Source of the DNA: Pecten maximus | Lineage: Eukaryota | NCBI RefSeq assembly: GCF_902652985.1 | Contig: NC_047024.1 | Coordinates: forward strand, 26,350,001 to 26,414,000 | DNA: 64,000 nucleotides | Reading direction: 5' to 3' | In this document: in pieces, positions 1 to 14,700 of the stretch | Position numbering within the stretch: the first letter of the stretch is position 1 | Layout of the letters: each line of letters opens with the position of its first letter | Program-made: the position numbers and the translations under genes | The notes under the pieces: generated by a model | Databases searched by the model: none | Told to the model about the DNA's origin: nothing | The model's input: the letters and a program-made list of their open reading frames with translations, nothing else

Positions 1-878
1 TATCAATTTAGCCAAATTGACCCCTCTTGGCCCCGCCCCTCAGCCCCCCCGGGGGTCAGCCATACCATTTGTACAATTTTGAATCCCCACCCCATAGTGT
101 TGCTACCAGGCAAATATGAGCAATATCCTTTGCTCGGTTTCAGAGAAGAAGTTGTTTATATCAATATAGCCCAATTGACCACATTTGGCCCCGCCCTTCA
201 GGTCCCTGGGGGTCAGCCCCATCATTTGTACAATTTTGAATCCCCACCCCAAAGTTATGCTACCAGGCAAATATGAGCGATATCCATTGCTCGGTTTCAG
301 AGAAGAAGTCGGTATTATCAATATAGCTATATTGACCCCTTTTGGCCCCGCCCCTCAGGCCCCTAGGGGGTCAGTCCCATCATTTGTACAATTTTGAATC
401 CCCACCCCAAAGTGATGCTACCAGGCAAACATGAGTGATATCCATTGCTCGGTTCCAGAGAAGAAGTCGTTAATATCAATATAGCTATATTGACCCATTT
501 TTGCCCCACCCCTCAGGCCCCTAGGGGGTCAGCACCACCATTTGTACAATTTTGAATCCCCACCCCATAGTGATGCTTCCAGACAAATAGGAGCAATATC
601 CTTTGCTCGGTTTCAAAGAAGAAGTCGTTTATATCAATATAGCCAAATTGACCCCTTTTGGCCCCGCCCCTCAGGCCCCTGGGGGGTCAGCCCCATCATT
701 TGTACAATTTTGAGTCCCCTACCCATAGGGATGCTTCTGACCAAATTTGGTCAAATTCTGATCAGTGGTTATGAAGAAGAAGTCAATTGTTGACGGACGG
801 ACGGATGACAGACGACGGACGACGGACGCCACGGTATGGCATAAACTCACCTTGGTCCTTTGGACCAGGTGAGCTAAT
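1..878 (+). mobile_element. Helentron-associated (HINE/pearl-like) non-autonomous element with internal ~154-bp tandem repeats; 5' end outside the window
   Basis: About 5 tandem units (GGCCCCGCCCCTCAGGCCCC...CATTTGTACAATTTTGAATCCCCACCC...GGTTTCAGAGAAGAAG), then a GACG-type microsatellite (792-828) and a terminal palindrome CTCACCT-TGGTCC-TTT-GGACC-AGGTGAG. Confidence 0.75.
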
Positions 879-2217
879 AACGTCAAAGCTGGTCAAACCA
901 ATGCTCCTATTTTGTGCTTTAGACACGGCAAGTTTGTGTAATATATGGGATACAAATGAGTTAATTATGTCCCCCTGAAACATGCATTTTTCTTACGTTT
1001 TGTTGAAATTTACAAACAGCTTAACAAATTACATGTCAACAGCAAGTCCCACGGTTTGCCATGATACATACTAAAAGTTCATCATGTTACTTCTGTGGCA
1101 TCGCACCATAATAGGGATTTATAGGCCTGCAAAATATCAATGTTTTGACTGGATTTGCTGTTTAGATGCCCCTTAAGAGGAGTAGCCGGTACATTGTTGT
1201 ATCTACAGATGGACGGACGATCTGATGCCAGTACATGTATACCCCCCCTAACTTCGTTGCGGGGGGTATAATTATGTGAGAATTAAGATCTGATAACTTT
1301 TCTTTTTGTTTGGTAAGTTCATATATTTCAAATGCAGAGCTAATGGAAGGTACAAGGTCCTTGATATATAGGACTTTACAGAACCATTAACATCCTTGGT
1401 ATATATGGGCTTCCATAGACTGCTATTCCATGCTTCCATACTTTATTACGACCACACTCAGCATTTAAAGCCCAGCAATCCCCATTTATCTCTGGGCCAC
1501 AAAGACCCACAGTGGTACTCTGTGATGGGGAGAGTGGCTATCGGTGGTGTTTATGGCCATACATCTGGTCATTGACAGCATCTTGTATATATTTACTGCA
1601 TACCTGGACACAGGACGATACATCCAAACAGGTGAGTTGTGTTCAGTTTTCCTTTCAAAATATTACCAGATAATTTAACTTTTTAATTTTTTAAATAAAA
1701 ACGAGACTATGAATTAATTATATGGCTTTTTACTTGATCTTTGGTTGCCATGGAAACCTTTCCTAGGGTACATAATATTTATATAGATATAAAAAATATA
1801 TCGGAGTACAGTGTACTTACTTACCAATCTATCAGTTATATTCACTTAAGCAACATCTCCAAATTTCTGAAAAAGTATGAGTTTTTTGCTTCCTTATTTT
1901 TCCCAATTCAACAAATTTAGAAAAAAAAGTTTCTTTTTTTCAATTTGATTCAAACTGAAATCTGAATCATTGTCTTTTTATTTTTAAATGTAAAGGAATG
2001 ATTTCATAATAAAATTGGAAACATCTTATTAATCTGGTTAGTACATTTTGTATATGACTCTCATCCATAAGTTCCTTCTACCATTTTATGTCATGGTACA
2101 AGATTTTATTTCTTTGATAAGTTTGATAAGAATTTTTTTATCAATGTTTAAAAATTTGAATTTTCTAAAATTAAACTCCAGCTAGTATTTGTGTGGTATG
2201 AGGTATAGTGAACGGGA

Positions 2218-5036
2218 ATGACCGGTAACGTGACCCTTGACCCCTGGACTGGAGATTGGACAGATGAGGTGGTCACGCAGAGGGACAGGCAGCTGGCTCT
2301 GTGGTCAGCAGTGGACAAGGGTAACCTGACCACTGTCCGAGCCATGATTGACCATGGAATGGACGTCAACACCTCAGATATGGTAATTTAGTATAAACTG
2401 TATATTTCATTATTTTTTAACCTCTGTCAATTATGCACAGAAAAGGTAAAGTACATAATCTGTTCATTAAAGACAGTGATGGCAAAACTAGTACAAGGTG
2501 CAATTATTGTGTATAAAAATCAAAACAAAATTAGTTGTCAATATTCAAAGACTGTTTTAATGTGGGAACTGTTCATCAAGATTTGTTTTTGTAATGAAGA
2601 CAACAATTTCTTTAATTTAATGATGTTTGTGTCTAAATTCACTGGTGATTTTGCAGCATGGCAACCTAGTGTTACATACGGCTGTCATCTGGCAGTCATC
2701 GGAAATGGTCAAGGAGCTGATAGATGCTGGTGCAGATGTCAACAGACAGAATGATGTAAGCATCATTATCACATACGAGGACTGATTGATAAGTTTGAGT
2801 TATATATAGATATGTACTAGAGCTACATACCGATATATGAAACGGACTATAAGCGCTATAATGATACGGACTATAGCTAAGGCGGGTTGGGGGGTGATCT
2901 GTCAAGATGGCTGCTGTTTACTTACATGTTTGTTTACCATAATCACTTAATACAGTTTATGCAGTTTCCCAGTGTCTCTACGTCATCTGTCCAACAACGC
3001 AACAGTCAGCCTCGTATTGAAGGATATGAAGTTGGCCGGACATATTGTATTACTTTTAAACATATTCCCCTTCAGTATCTATACTCTTTTGCCAGCAGTG
3101 TTTAAGGGCCTCAGTGCCACTTTTATAGAACTCCTTTCCTTGGCTGTTCAGAAAGTCATCCACTGCATGTTAGGGTTAGGATTAGGGTTTAGGTGCATGA
3201 AATAGCTGTTTTTAGTTTTGGAAATAGATGAAAGCCTGATGGAGCAAGATCAATGGAATAAGGCGGATGCTCAATCAATTTAAAGCCACAATCATGAATG
3301 GCAGCCATGCAATGACAGACTCTTTCACCCTAACCCTAACCGATTTTGTCCATTTTGCAAAAGCCGCTTGTCTTGTTTACTTTAGAGAGTGCTACCCCGT
3401 CGATATACAATTACCAAATGAGACCAGTCCTTGGGTACACGGCCCTATATAGTCAGAGAATAGTAGGACTTAAAAAGAATATCCTTGAGTACATGTACCT
3501 CCTTCAATACGAGGCTCACAACACATCAATTAGTCCCTGTATATCAAATGCAAGCCTGTGATTTTCCATCTCCATGTTGGGTTCTCCATAATAAGGTACC
3601 AAGGTCAAGTTACACTTACATTTCTGTAAGGTCATAGACTATAATTGTAGCTTCATTAGTAGTTACATGGAAATGGAAATGATGCCAAGCATTTTACAGA
3701 AGGCACTGCCAGGCCACAAGGATGAAGTTTTGTCTGGTGAAGTTAACTTAATTGTGATGAATGAATATATCTATAGAATCCATCCAAGTTCTTCACCACC
3801 TTCACTGAAAGGAGGAATAGTAATTTTATGTTTACCCAGGTATCATTGAACAGTGGGACAGTAATTTTTCCCTTAAATTTCCTATAAGGATTTCCAAAAA
3901 TGTTGAAGACTTACTTCTGGTTTTTGGTTCTACCCCTACCATAATCAAACATACAGTGGAGAAACATTACACATTATGTATTTCAGTTATGATTTATAGA
4001 TGTAATAGAAGAACCTTCGATAGACCCTTCATATCCAATATGTGATATTTTATATACAGAATGGACAGACTCCATTACACCTTGCTGCAGACAGAGGTAA
4101 ACCCTATGCTGTTCTACAACTTCTAGAGTCCGGGACATACTCCGACATCAAAACAAAGGTAGGTACTATACTCCTATACTTCTAGAGTCCGGGACATGCT
4201 CAGACATCAAAACAAAGGTAGGTACTGTACTCCCATACTTCTAGAGTCCAGGACATACTCCGACATCAAAACAAAGGTAGGTACTAGACTCCCATACATC
4301 TAGAGTCCGGGACATGCTCCGACATCAAAACAAAGGTAGGTACTATACTCCCATACTTCTAGAGTCCAGGACATGCTCCGACATCAAAACAAAGGTAGGT
4401 ACTATACTCCTATACTTCTAGAGTCTGGGACATGCTCCGACATCAAAACAAAGGTAGGTACTATACTCCTATACTTCTAGAGTCTGGGACATGCTCCGAC
4501 ATCAAAACAAAGGTAGGTACTAGACTCCCATACATCTAGAGTCCGGGACATGCTCCGACATCAAAACAAAGGTAGGTACTATACTCCCATACTTCTAGAG
4601 TCCAGGACATGCTCCGACATCAAAACAAAGGTAGGTACTATACTCCTATACTTCTAGAGTCTGGGACATGCTCCGACATCAAAACAAAGGTAGGTACTGT
4701 ACTCCCATACTTCTAGAGTCCAGGACATGCTCCGACATCAAAACAAAGGTAGGTACTATACTCCCATACTTCTAGAGTCCGGGACATGCTCCGACATCAA
4801 AACAAAGGTAGGTACTATACTCCTATACTTCTAGAGTCTGGGACATGCTCCGACATCAAAACAAAGGTAGGTACTGTACTCCCATACTTCTAGAGTCCAG
4901 GACATACTCCGACATCAAAACAAAGGTAAGTACTAGACTCGAACTATAAACTTTATAAATTTTACAAGTTAAACTGTATATCAGTTTATATCAATCATGC
5001 TTGTTGGCTTGGATGGAAGCAGGTCTTATTTTGTGT

Positions 5037-5067
<31 letters not shown>

Positions 5068-6507
5068 GGGGGGGGGAGAACTGGAGTACCCGGATTAAAC
5101 CCATATGGTTATGCAGGTAGCCCCAATATCTATCCATGTCTGCTTGGTCACCTGTATCTTTGAGCTCTTAAAAAAAGTTTTCAATTTAACTGTTGAAAGT
5201 CACTTGCATACTTATCTGGAACATTTGATAAGAGGAAATTGAATTCGGAATAATGAAATTAATCATTTGAACTTTTGACTAGTTTCACATGATTAGAAAC
5301 TATGGACAGAGTTGAGTGAATTAATCCTTTTTCCTTCTCCAGTACAGTGAAATGACTGCTTTACACCTTGCTGCCAAGAGTGGACATCACAACATTGTTC
5401 GTTTGCTGCTTGACCATAACTCAAACCCTAACACACAAGACTGTGTAAGTCTTTAGCAATCACCCTTCCAAATAAAGTAAGCCTCTTTTTTCATCACTAA
5501 AGGTGGAGGGAGAAAGGGGTTACCATTACAAAGGGCTATAAATAGATCTGAATAGGGTATTACTCTACTGTAACACAAGGTTTTAGAAGCTCATGTTAGT
5601 TTTGGATATCTGGTCATGAATTTATCAACATTCCCAAATAAAGACTAAGCTAAGGAACTTTCCTTGAACTTTGTAATGCTTTCCTACAGAAAATGTCAAG
5701 TTAAGGAACTCCTTTAGTTAAGATAGAACCTATTAACCCACAATTAAATGGTTATCTTATTAGCCAATCACTTTTATACCTATTGACCGACATTTGATTG
5801 GTTATTTTATTAGCCAATCATTTTTATACCTGTTGACCGGCATTTAATTGACTATATATATTAGCCAATCATATTTACAGAAAAAAATAAATCGTTTTTA
5901 TTTTTTAACTTTACAGATAGGTAAAATTCCAGAGTTTTATGCAGCAAATATACCCACAAAGAAAGAATTTGAAGAGTGGAGAAAGAAAAACGGAGAAATA
6001 ACCAACAGTGACAATAAAACAAGTTCTTCTGTACATTATGTGTTTGTGAAAGAGCAGGACCTCAATATCCCTGGTAATTACAGAAAACCAACAGTGGAAC
6101 GTTCAGGTTATCCTGACTCAAAACAGAACTCTTCACCTGATACACAAACTGTGTCAAAAACACACTCAGACCGAAGATTAACAGCGACACTCAACAAGGA
6201 CACGAAAGGTCACTCAGTACAGCCGAACACGAACAGGAAAGAACAACCTAAACGTGATTTGATTGGTCAATCAGTATCATCTAACAAGAATATATTAAAA
6301 GGATCCAACAGAGACACAAAAGGTCATTCAGTGCATTTCGGCAATGATTCTAATAAAAGAAAAGAAGCTGAAACTAAGAAAGCTATCAACGCTAAAAAGA
6401 CCCCGACCTCCAGTCACAATGTCAACTGGAAGCTAGAGTTCTCTAAAGAACATCAGGAACGCATGGCTACCAATGTGTTTGACAGACTGGCAGGCAAGAA
6501 AAAGTGA
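2218..6507 (+). CDS. Ankyrin-repeat protein (~351 aa; about 4 ANK repeats plus a low-complexity K/S/N/T-rich tail)
   Basis: Exons 2218-2382 (ATG preceded by in-frame TGA; LWSAVDKGNLTTVRAMIDHGMDVNTSD), 2657-2755 (GNLVLHTAV...ELIDAGADVNRQN), 4060-4158 (GQTPLHLAADRG), 5343-5444 (MTALHLAAKSGHHNIVRLLLDHNSNPN), 5917-6507 (stop). All introns are phase 0 GT-AG and internal exons are 99-102 nt, about one ANK repeat each. AATAAA at ~6544. A probable 5'UTR exon ends at 1631. Confidence 0.85.
2774..3541 (-). mobile_element. Non-autonomous mariner derivative
   Basis: TIR-like ends TACGAGGACTGATTGATAAG and CATCAATTAGTCCCTGTA. Inverted homolog of 34515-35059, with an extra ~210-bp insert at ~2800-3008. Confidence 0.7.
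4120..4940 (+). repeat. 59-bp minisatellite x14 containing an exon 3' end plus splice donor
   Basis: Unit CTTCTAGAGTCCGGGACATGCTCCGACATCAAAACAAAG|GTAGGTACTATACTCCCATA. The first copy is the end of ankyrin exon 4060-4158. Confidence 0.95.
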
Positions 6508-7519
6508 ATCAGCTCAATATACCAGCGATCAGTTCTTGACTGGAATAAAGCATACCATCCTTATTATCCACTTAACAGCTAAGGTTAATCTATAATTCCA
6601 TGCTGATCACATTCTGGATGTAAGCGAAGTTTCTTATTTCAACTGACCTTGGTCTGTTGGGCTTTTCTCGAAAGGAAAACACAAAATGAACACTATTTTT
6701 GTTCTTTGAATTAGCAGTAATTTATATGCCATAGCAATTTGTTTACGATTAGTTATTCTTATTTATCACATGACTCTTGGGTAATGTAAATAAAAATGTT
6801 TCAAGCTTACGAATGTCCTATATTACTTGTGTCAATGTTATGGCGACTGAGGATAATTATTCGGGTATGGACAAGCTTGCTATTTATGCAAGGTACAGTG
6901 ATATTGTATCAACATACTTACTTAAAAACATTAAACAAAATCTGATACGCCACGTGATAGAATTTGCACACTGTGGTGAGTAACCACTTTGAAAGCCTCC
7001 AATTGGTCATTTCTGACCTCGAACAATTCTTATTGGATAACAGTCTGGCTTTTTACCATAGACTACTTTTACTACTCTCACTTATTCTTTTTGGTGTGTG
7101 TCATTCAAAAGATCAACATAGACATATTTTGTGGATTTACCGGGGGTTAAGTTTGGCATGACTGGGCGAGAGGGGTGTCCTCATGGAAAGGTCAATTAAT
7201 CTTGGATTTGAGTTGTACAAAATAGAATTTGATGTTAAAATAGACTATGCATGGAAGTAAGATATTGCATTGAACATCGCGAAAGAAAACTGACCCCCCT
7301 CCCCCCTGGTGATTCCATATTTGCAATGGACCTCAATAGCCATCTATGAAACAGGAAAACCAAACATAACAAATGTACGACACAAAAGCTTGTGTCTTTT
7401 CTAAGTTTGAAAATCAACTAACTCGAGTTATATAAACATGGTAAACAACTGTCAAAAGTTTGAGAACCTCTATATAACAACTTATATTAATCACTCTCGT
7501 TGGTCTGGATGGAAGAGTA

Positions 7520-7673
7520 CGAGGGGTTTTACTGTGGGAGGCAACTGGAGTATCTGAATAAAGCCCACATGGTCTGGTAGGTGACCCAACACCTTTTCGT
7601 ATCTGACCCGGGAATCGAACCCCAGCCACCTAGGTGAAAGGCAAGTGTGTTACCACTGTGCCACCCGACCACC
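7520..7673 (-). mobile_element. tRNA-derived SINE fragment
   Basis: Minus strand GGTGGCACAGTGG (A box) ... GGTTCGATTCCC (B box), followed by a V-like body. Confidence 0.6.
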
Positions 7674-7789
7674 CATATTAACTAAATGGCATTAACTTAC
7701 TTTTTCTATAATATTGTAAAATAAAGATAATATGATTAATAATTTTACAAGGACATTGTTCTACTATAAGGCGACTCACCATTTGTACA

Positions 7790-8748
7790 ATTATGTACTC
7801 ACTATTTGTGTAATTATGTACTCACTATCTGTACAATTATGTACTCACTATTTGTACAATTATGTACTCACTATCTGTACCATTATGTACTCACTATTTG
7901 TACAATTATGTACTCACTAATTTGTGTAATTAATACTCACTATCTGTACAATTATGTACTCACTATTTGTACAATTATGTACTCACTATTTGTGTAATTA
8001 ATACTCACTGTTAGTACAATTATGTACTCATTATCTGTACAATTATGTACTCATTATCTGTACAATTATGTACTCCCTATTTATGTAATTATGTACTCAC
8101 TATTTGTGTAATTATGTACTCACTATTTGTACAATTATGTACTCACTATCTGTACAATTATGTACTCACTATCCGTACAATTATGTACTCACTATTTGTA
8201 CAATTATGTACTCACTATCTGTACAATTATGTACTCACTATCCGTACAATTATGTACTCACTATTTGTACAATTATGTACTCACTATCCGTACAATTATT
8301 TACTCACTATCTGTACAATTATGTACTCACTATTTGTGTAATTATGTACTCACTATCTGTACAATTATGTACTCATTATTTATACAATTATGTACTCACT
8401 ATCTGTACCATTATGTACTCACTATCTGTACAATTATGTACTCACTATCTGTACCATTATGTACTCACTATTTGTACAATTATGTACTCACTATCTGTAC
8501 AATTATGTACTCACTATATGTGTAATTATGTACTCACTATTTGTGTAATTAATACTCACTAATTGTACAATTACTGTACAATTATGTACTCACTATCTGT
8601 GTAATTATGTACTCACTATTTGTGTAATTAATACTCACTAATTGTACAATTACTGTACAATTATGTACTCACTATCTGTGTAATTATGTACTCACTATTT
8701 GTACAATTATGTACTCACTATTTGTGTAATTAATACTCACTATTTGTA
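7790..8748 (-). repeat. 23-bp minisatellite (~40 copies) containing a splice donor
   Basis: Minus-strand unit TACAAATA|GTGAGTACATAATTG. The first copy is the end of C2CD5 exon 8741-8839. Confidence 0.93.
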
Positions 8749-11700
8749 AAAGATCATGAATCTCTCGGTTCTTCTGTACAGTTTCCGTTATCTTTTTCTG
8801 TAGTTCTATCAGCGCCAGGTTCTCACGGTCAGATGTTGCCTATAAAAATATTAAGGAACTCAAAATGTTACTTTGCTTAAAGTATAAAGCTGAAATAACT
8901 TTAAAGAATTATTCATATTAAATATTATTTCATTATTAAAAACATATATCACACTAAATTAGGTACATGTTTATCATCAGTTTGTTTAACAAGACATTGC
9001 AAATTTATACAAGTTATTGCCTGATGATATCCTTAATGTACTCATTTTATCCTAGAATAATCCCAGTGGACAAAACCGAACTTCAGCTGACTCAGGAGTG
9101 GGCTTCTTACAGGACAAAGATATGGCATTTGTTTATAATCATACAGAACAACTTCTGTTACAATACAGATAAGGCCAAAAAAAAATCATAACTTGGTTCT
9201 CAAACCGTTTTTTTTCAAAAGAGATGTGGCAAAGCAGCATATCTTTTTTTTTTAATTTTTCATGGCAAATCGTTATTTTAACTCAGAATTTTAGTATTCT
9301 GCTGTAAAATTAACAGATATCTTGTTAATTAAGCTCCAACAAAGTTATTGGTTAATAAATATCAAAGTGTTTTACTTTTGGTTTGGTGTCTTTTGCCCAA
9401 ATGAGTTCTATTTGGTGTACAATCTTCTGCTATCAACATGAGGTTAACAAATCATAATCATTTAAATGCTTGACTTTATTTGTCATTTATTCAAACGTTT
9501 TCGTGACTTGGGTGACAATCCAGTAAAACTATCATGCTGATCGATTTTCCAGATTTGCTTTTAAGATAGCAGCTGACACATTCCCATTTTTAAAATCATT
9601 TTTATGATAAAATCAGCAATGTGGCACCCTTATATGAGATGAATGCAGGCCTGAGAACCAAGTAAATTATTTTTTTGGCCTAGGATGTTGGGTGGGCCTA
9701 TTACCAGGCATGAGCTCAATGCTAGATGTAAACATTCTCCTCCTACTGAGAAGTCTATGACTATGACTTACCTGTCCTGTGACCTTGGGGACAGGTGGAA
9801 GCATTAGAGCAGACAGAAACACAGCAGTGGCGGTCTGAAATATGAACAATCCATCATCAGTAACGAGAGACTTATGTCAACAAATTTAACTTCATGTAAA
9901 TTTTATTCTAAATTCAAGAATTATACAATCTTGGAAAATTTTTCAAAATCTAATTCTTAAATCTAGAATTATACAATGTCAACAAATTTGTAAAAATGTT
10001 AAAATATTCACAATCATTTTGAACCCCTATGTATATGTTGTATATATGTAGGCAAAGACTATTAAAGATACTCAACCTAATATAACACTAGCTAGCAAAT
10101 ATAGCATGTTTATAACTTACAGCTATTCCAACCAGTAGAGTATCCCCAATAGAAATCTGGATCTTCAATCCAAACAGGCCGTTCATACCACGTAACTAAA
10201 ACACACAGGAAGTACAGCACAAATCAGATCCCATGATCAACACCTGGTATCATATTAACATACTGTATCACACCAGTACAGATCAAATCCCATGATCAAC
10301 ATCTGGTATCAAATTAACATACAGTATCACACCAGTACAGATCAAATCTCATGATCAACACCTGGTATCATATTAACATACCGTATCACACCAGTACAGA
10401 TCAAATCTCATAATAAACAAATGTTTTAGACTTGTTATTATCTAAATTATCAATATTCCACTGTTACAAAACAATCAAATTTCATATTGTTATCTTTTAA
10501 AAATACACATAGTTGTTCAGACATTTAATTCCTTAGATTTCTCAAATTCTGACCTTAGATTTCTACAACTCAAGGTTGATACTTTTTAATGTAGATGATT
10601 GTGTAGATAGTGTATTTTATGTACCTTTAACTTGTTCATAAGCTGGTTGTGTAGTTCATACTCCAGGAAAGGGAGACTCTGAAATAAAACACAATTGTAT
10701 AGACATTTTCACATACATGTACTTGCATGTCATATATCATCATGGGACAACACAGCACTGTGACTTAGTATACACGGAAAATGTACTTTTGAGGAAGATA
10801 CTATGACTCTTATATCCTAACTCTTGTGCTTTAATAATGTTTTTTTTTTAATTCCACCTTCCACTGATGTCTTAAGATATGGACTCACTCTAGCTATATT
10901 TAGCATCTTTACCTGATTTTTTTTTTAAACATGCAATAATATCCCTTACATTAATCCATTTTGAATATCTACAGGATTTCATGTCAAACAATGTTTGTTC
11001 CTCTTTGGGTGTGAAGCAGTCCAATATTCAAACCAAAGGAGAACAAATACAGGGTGACTGCCAGGTAAATTCTGAAATATAATGTGGTACAAGAGAATGC
11101 TTTTCCATTCGCAAGATGTAGCAAATTTCTGTTAATTCTTTCCAATGCATGGTCAGAAACTGCATCACAGAATTGAAAACATGCTTCAGAAATAAGAAGT
11201 CACTGCCGACCAACACCGTTTGGCGAACCAGCAACCTCTGATGTTATAGGACTATTGCACAACTAGTACCAATTTCTAAAGGCCAAGATATCTATATCAC
11301 TTATCTCCCTCATATTTGTCTCCCCTTTTCCTTTCAATTTCATTTAAAGCAAAGATACATCAATTATCTCCCTTTCATTTGTCTCCCCCTATTCTTTCCG
11401 GTTTCATTTAAAGGCAGACCCCTAGATCACATAGCTCCCTTGCATTTGTCTCTCCTTTTTCTTTCAATTCAATTTAAAGCCAAGATGCCTGCATTACTTA
11501 TCTCCCTTGTATGTGTCTCCCCTTGTTCATTTCAATTTCATTTAAAGGCAGACCCCTAGATCATTTATCTCCCCTTTTCCTTTTGATTTCATTGAATGCC
11601 AAGATACCTACATCACTTATCTCTCTTGCATTTGTCTCTCCTTTTCCTTTCAATTTCATTCTACATATTCTGAAAATATAAGCAAACATTTGTGTCACAA

Positions 11701-14700
11701 AATGTAATTTCTATGACTTTCTGATTTGGACTCCGAAGATTTGTAACTAATTAATTTTCTAGGACTTTCTAATATGGACAAGGATGATTTGCAACTAATT
11801 TATTCTCCATGACATTCTGGATTGTGACTAAACAATTTTCTATGACATTCTATACTATAACAGGTACTGTAGCTCACTATTACTATAACATTTACTGTAG
11901 CTCACTTTTACCTATAACATGTACTGTAGCTCACTATTACCTACAACAGGTACTAGCTCACTATTACTATAACATGTACTGTAACTCAATTTACCTACAA
12001 CAGGTAATGTAGCTCACTATTACTATAACATGTACTGTAGCTCACTTTTACCTATAACAGGTACTGTAGCTCACTATTACCTATAACAGGTACTGTAGCT
12101 CACTATTACCTAAAACATGTACTGTAGCTCACTATTACCTTTAACAGGTACTGTAGCCCACTATTACCTATAACAGGTACTGTAGCTCATTATTACCTAT
12201 AACAGGTACTGTAACTCACTATTACTACAACAGGTAATGTAGCTCACTATTACTATAACATGTACTGTAGCTCACTTTTACCTATAACAGGTACTGTAGC
12301 TCACTATTACCTATAACAGGTACTTTAGCTCACTATTACCTATAACAGGTACTGTAGCTCACTATTACTATAACAGGTACTGTAGCTCACTGTTACCTAT
12401 AACAGGTACTGTAGCTCACTATTACCTTTAACAGGTACTGTAGCTCATTATTACCTATAACAGGTACTGTAGCTCACTATTACCTATAACAGGTACTTTA
12501 GCTCACTATTACCTATAACAGGTACTGTAGCTCACTATTACTATAACAGGTACTGTAGCTCACTATTACTATAACAGGTACTGTAGCTCACTATTACTAT
12601 AACAGGTACTGTAGCTCACTGTTACCTATAACAGGTACTGTAGCTCACTATTACCTTTAACAGGTACTGTAGCTCATTATTACCTATAACAGGTACTCTA
12701 GCTCACTATTACTATAACATGTACTGTAGCTCACTATTACCTATAACAGGTACTGTAGCTCACTATAACCTATAACAGGTACTGTAGCCCACTATTACCT
12801 GTAACGGGTACTGTGGCTCACTATTACCTATCACAGGTACTGTAGCTCACTATTACCTATAACAGGAACTGTAACTCAGTATTACCTTTAACAGGTACTG
12901 TAGCCCACTATTACCTGTAACGGGTACTGTGGCTCACTATTACCTATAACAGGTACTGTAGCTCACTATTACCTATAACAGGTACTGTAGCCCACTATTA
13001 CCTGTAACGGGTACTGTAGCTCACTATTACCTATAACAGGTACTGTAGCCCACTATTACCTGTAACAGGTACTGTAGCTCACTATTACCTTTAACAGGTA
13101 CTGTAGCTCACTATTACCTATAACAGGAACTGTAACTCAGTATTACCTTTAACAGGTACTGTAGCCCACTATTACCTATAACAGGTACTTTAGCTCACTA
13201 TTACCTATAACAGGTATTGTTACATATGGGTGTAATGGGTACTGTAGCTCACTATTACTATAACAGGTACTGTAGCCCACTATTACCTATAACAGGTACT
13301 GTAGCTCACTATTACTATAACAGGTACTGTAGCTCACTGTTACCTATAATAGCTACTGTAGCTCACTGTTACCTATAACAGGTACTGTAGCTCACTATTA
13401 CCTATAACAGGTACTGTAGCTCACTATTACCTATAACAGGTACTTTAGCTCACTATTACCTATAACAGGCATTGTTACATATGGGTGTAATGGGTAATGT
13501 AGCTCACTGTTATTCTTAACAGATACTAAAGCTCACTATTACTTATACAGGTGAGCTAAATATGCTTTTAATGTTTCTTCTCTTTCACTTGAACTCACCT
13601 TGCCTGAATGAGAGAGCCACGCCCACAAATCTGAATTTCACTGGGAGGGTCGATTGTGGTGAATAGGACATCAGGAACCTTCTTCTTCCTGTACAGATAT
13701 ACACACAAAAGTTACAATCTATAAATTTCATTTCCAGTCTTTATAGCATCACCAAATTATCATCTACCAGAATCTCATTGTGTGCATGAACCTGAAGGTT
13801 TGCTTTCCAAAATTATAAATATCTCGCTTTCAGGATGATTAATAGACAAACAACAACTTAAATGAATATCAAAACAGCCTTAGTTTTAAGGGCTATTCAC
13901 ATAATATATATATACCCTACGAGAGGATTACAGATTTAATAAAAGAAATTCCATGCACGGTGGGTGTGGAAGAGAATGTAGTTTTAGTACTGTCTGAATT
14001 TTAAAAGTCACTCCTTTCAGGAGTTCCTATGTGACAAACCTGGAGTCGTCCTATGGGGTAGATAATTGACTAGAATAGCCCTAAATTTAGGTGTGTGTAA
14101 AACAAATCATTCTGTGTGAATCTAGAGCAAATTTGTATCATTTTACACAAGAGCTGAGGTATTAACACGACCATAGCATGTCATGTAAATGTTGTATAAT
14201 TTACATGTTAATTTCAAAATTACCCAAACTTACTTGCATATGGCACATACAGCGAGCTTGACAGGAAAGGGTGTAGATCTAGCCTTATATGGTATATGGC
14301 ACAAGGAACAGTTACTCTGTATACTATCATCAAACCTGGAGTATAGAAAGATGGTGCTAGGATACAAGTCAATAACGAGGATATATCAGATGGAGGAACA
14401 CAACACAAACAGAGTTAAAATTAAAACCATTTTAACTTACAGTCACTCTAATAAATTGCAAGATTTAATGTATTGTGACGAAACTGCATCTGAGGTATAT
14501 TTCATATATCGATAAGCAAATTTTATTAAGCATATGAAAAAATGTAATTGCTGCAATTAAATATACACCAATATTTTGTATTGCTACATGTATGCATATG
14601 TATGGAAGAAAATAAAAAAAATTTCCAAAAGAAAATTTTTTTAACTTACAGTAAATTTCAACCACTTACCTGCTTTAGAGCATGACTTTATGTCAAATGT

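Noticed and set aside
79-983. Short ORFs at the window start
   Set aside because: They are translations of the ~154-bp HINE internal repeats.
1339-1631. Coding exon upstream of the ankyrin gene
   Set aside because: It has stops in all frames over the full span and there is an in-frame TGA just before ATG 2218, so it is more likely 5'UTR.
4120-4940. CRISPR-like regular array
   Set aside because: The units are contiguous with no unique spacers, there are no cas genes, and the context is eukaryotic.
7732-8562. Cys/Tyr-rich ORFs
   Set aside because: Artefacts of the 23-bp minisatellite.
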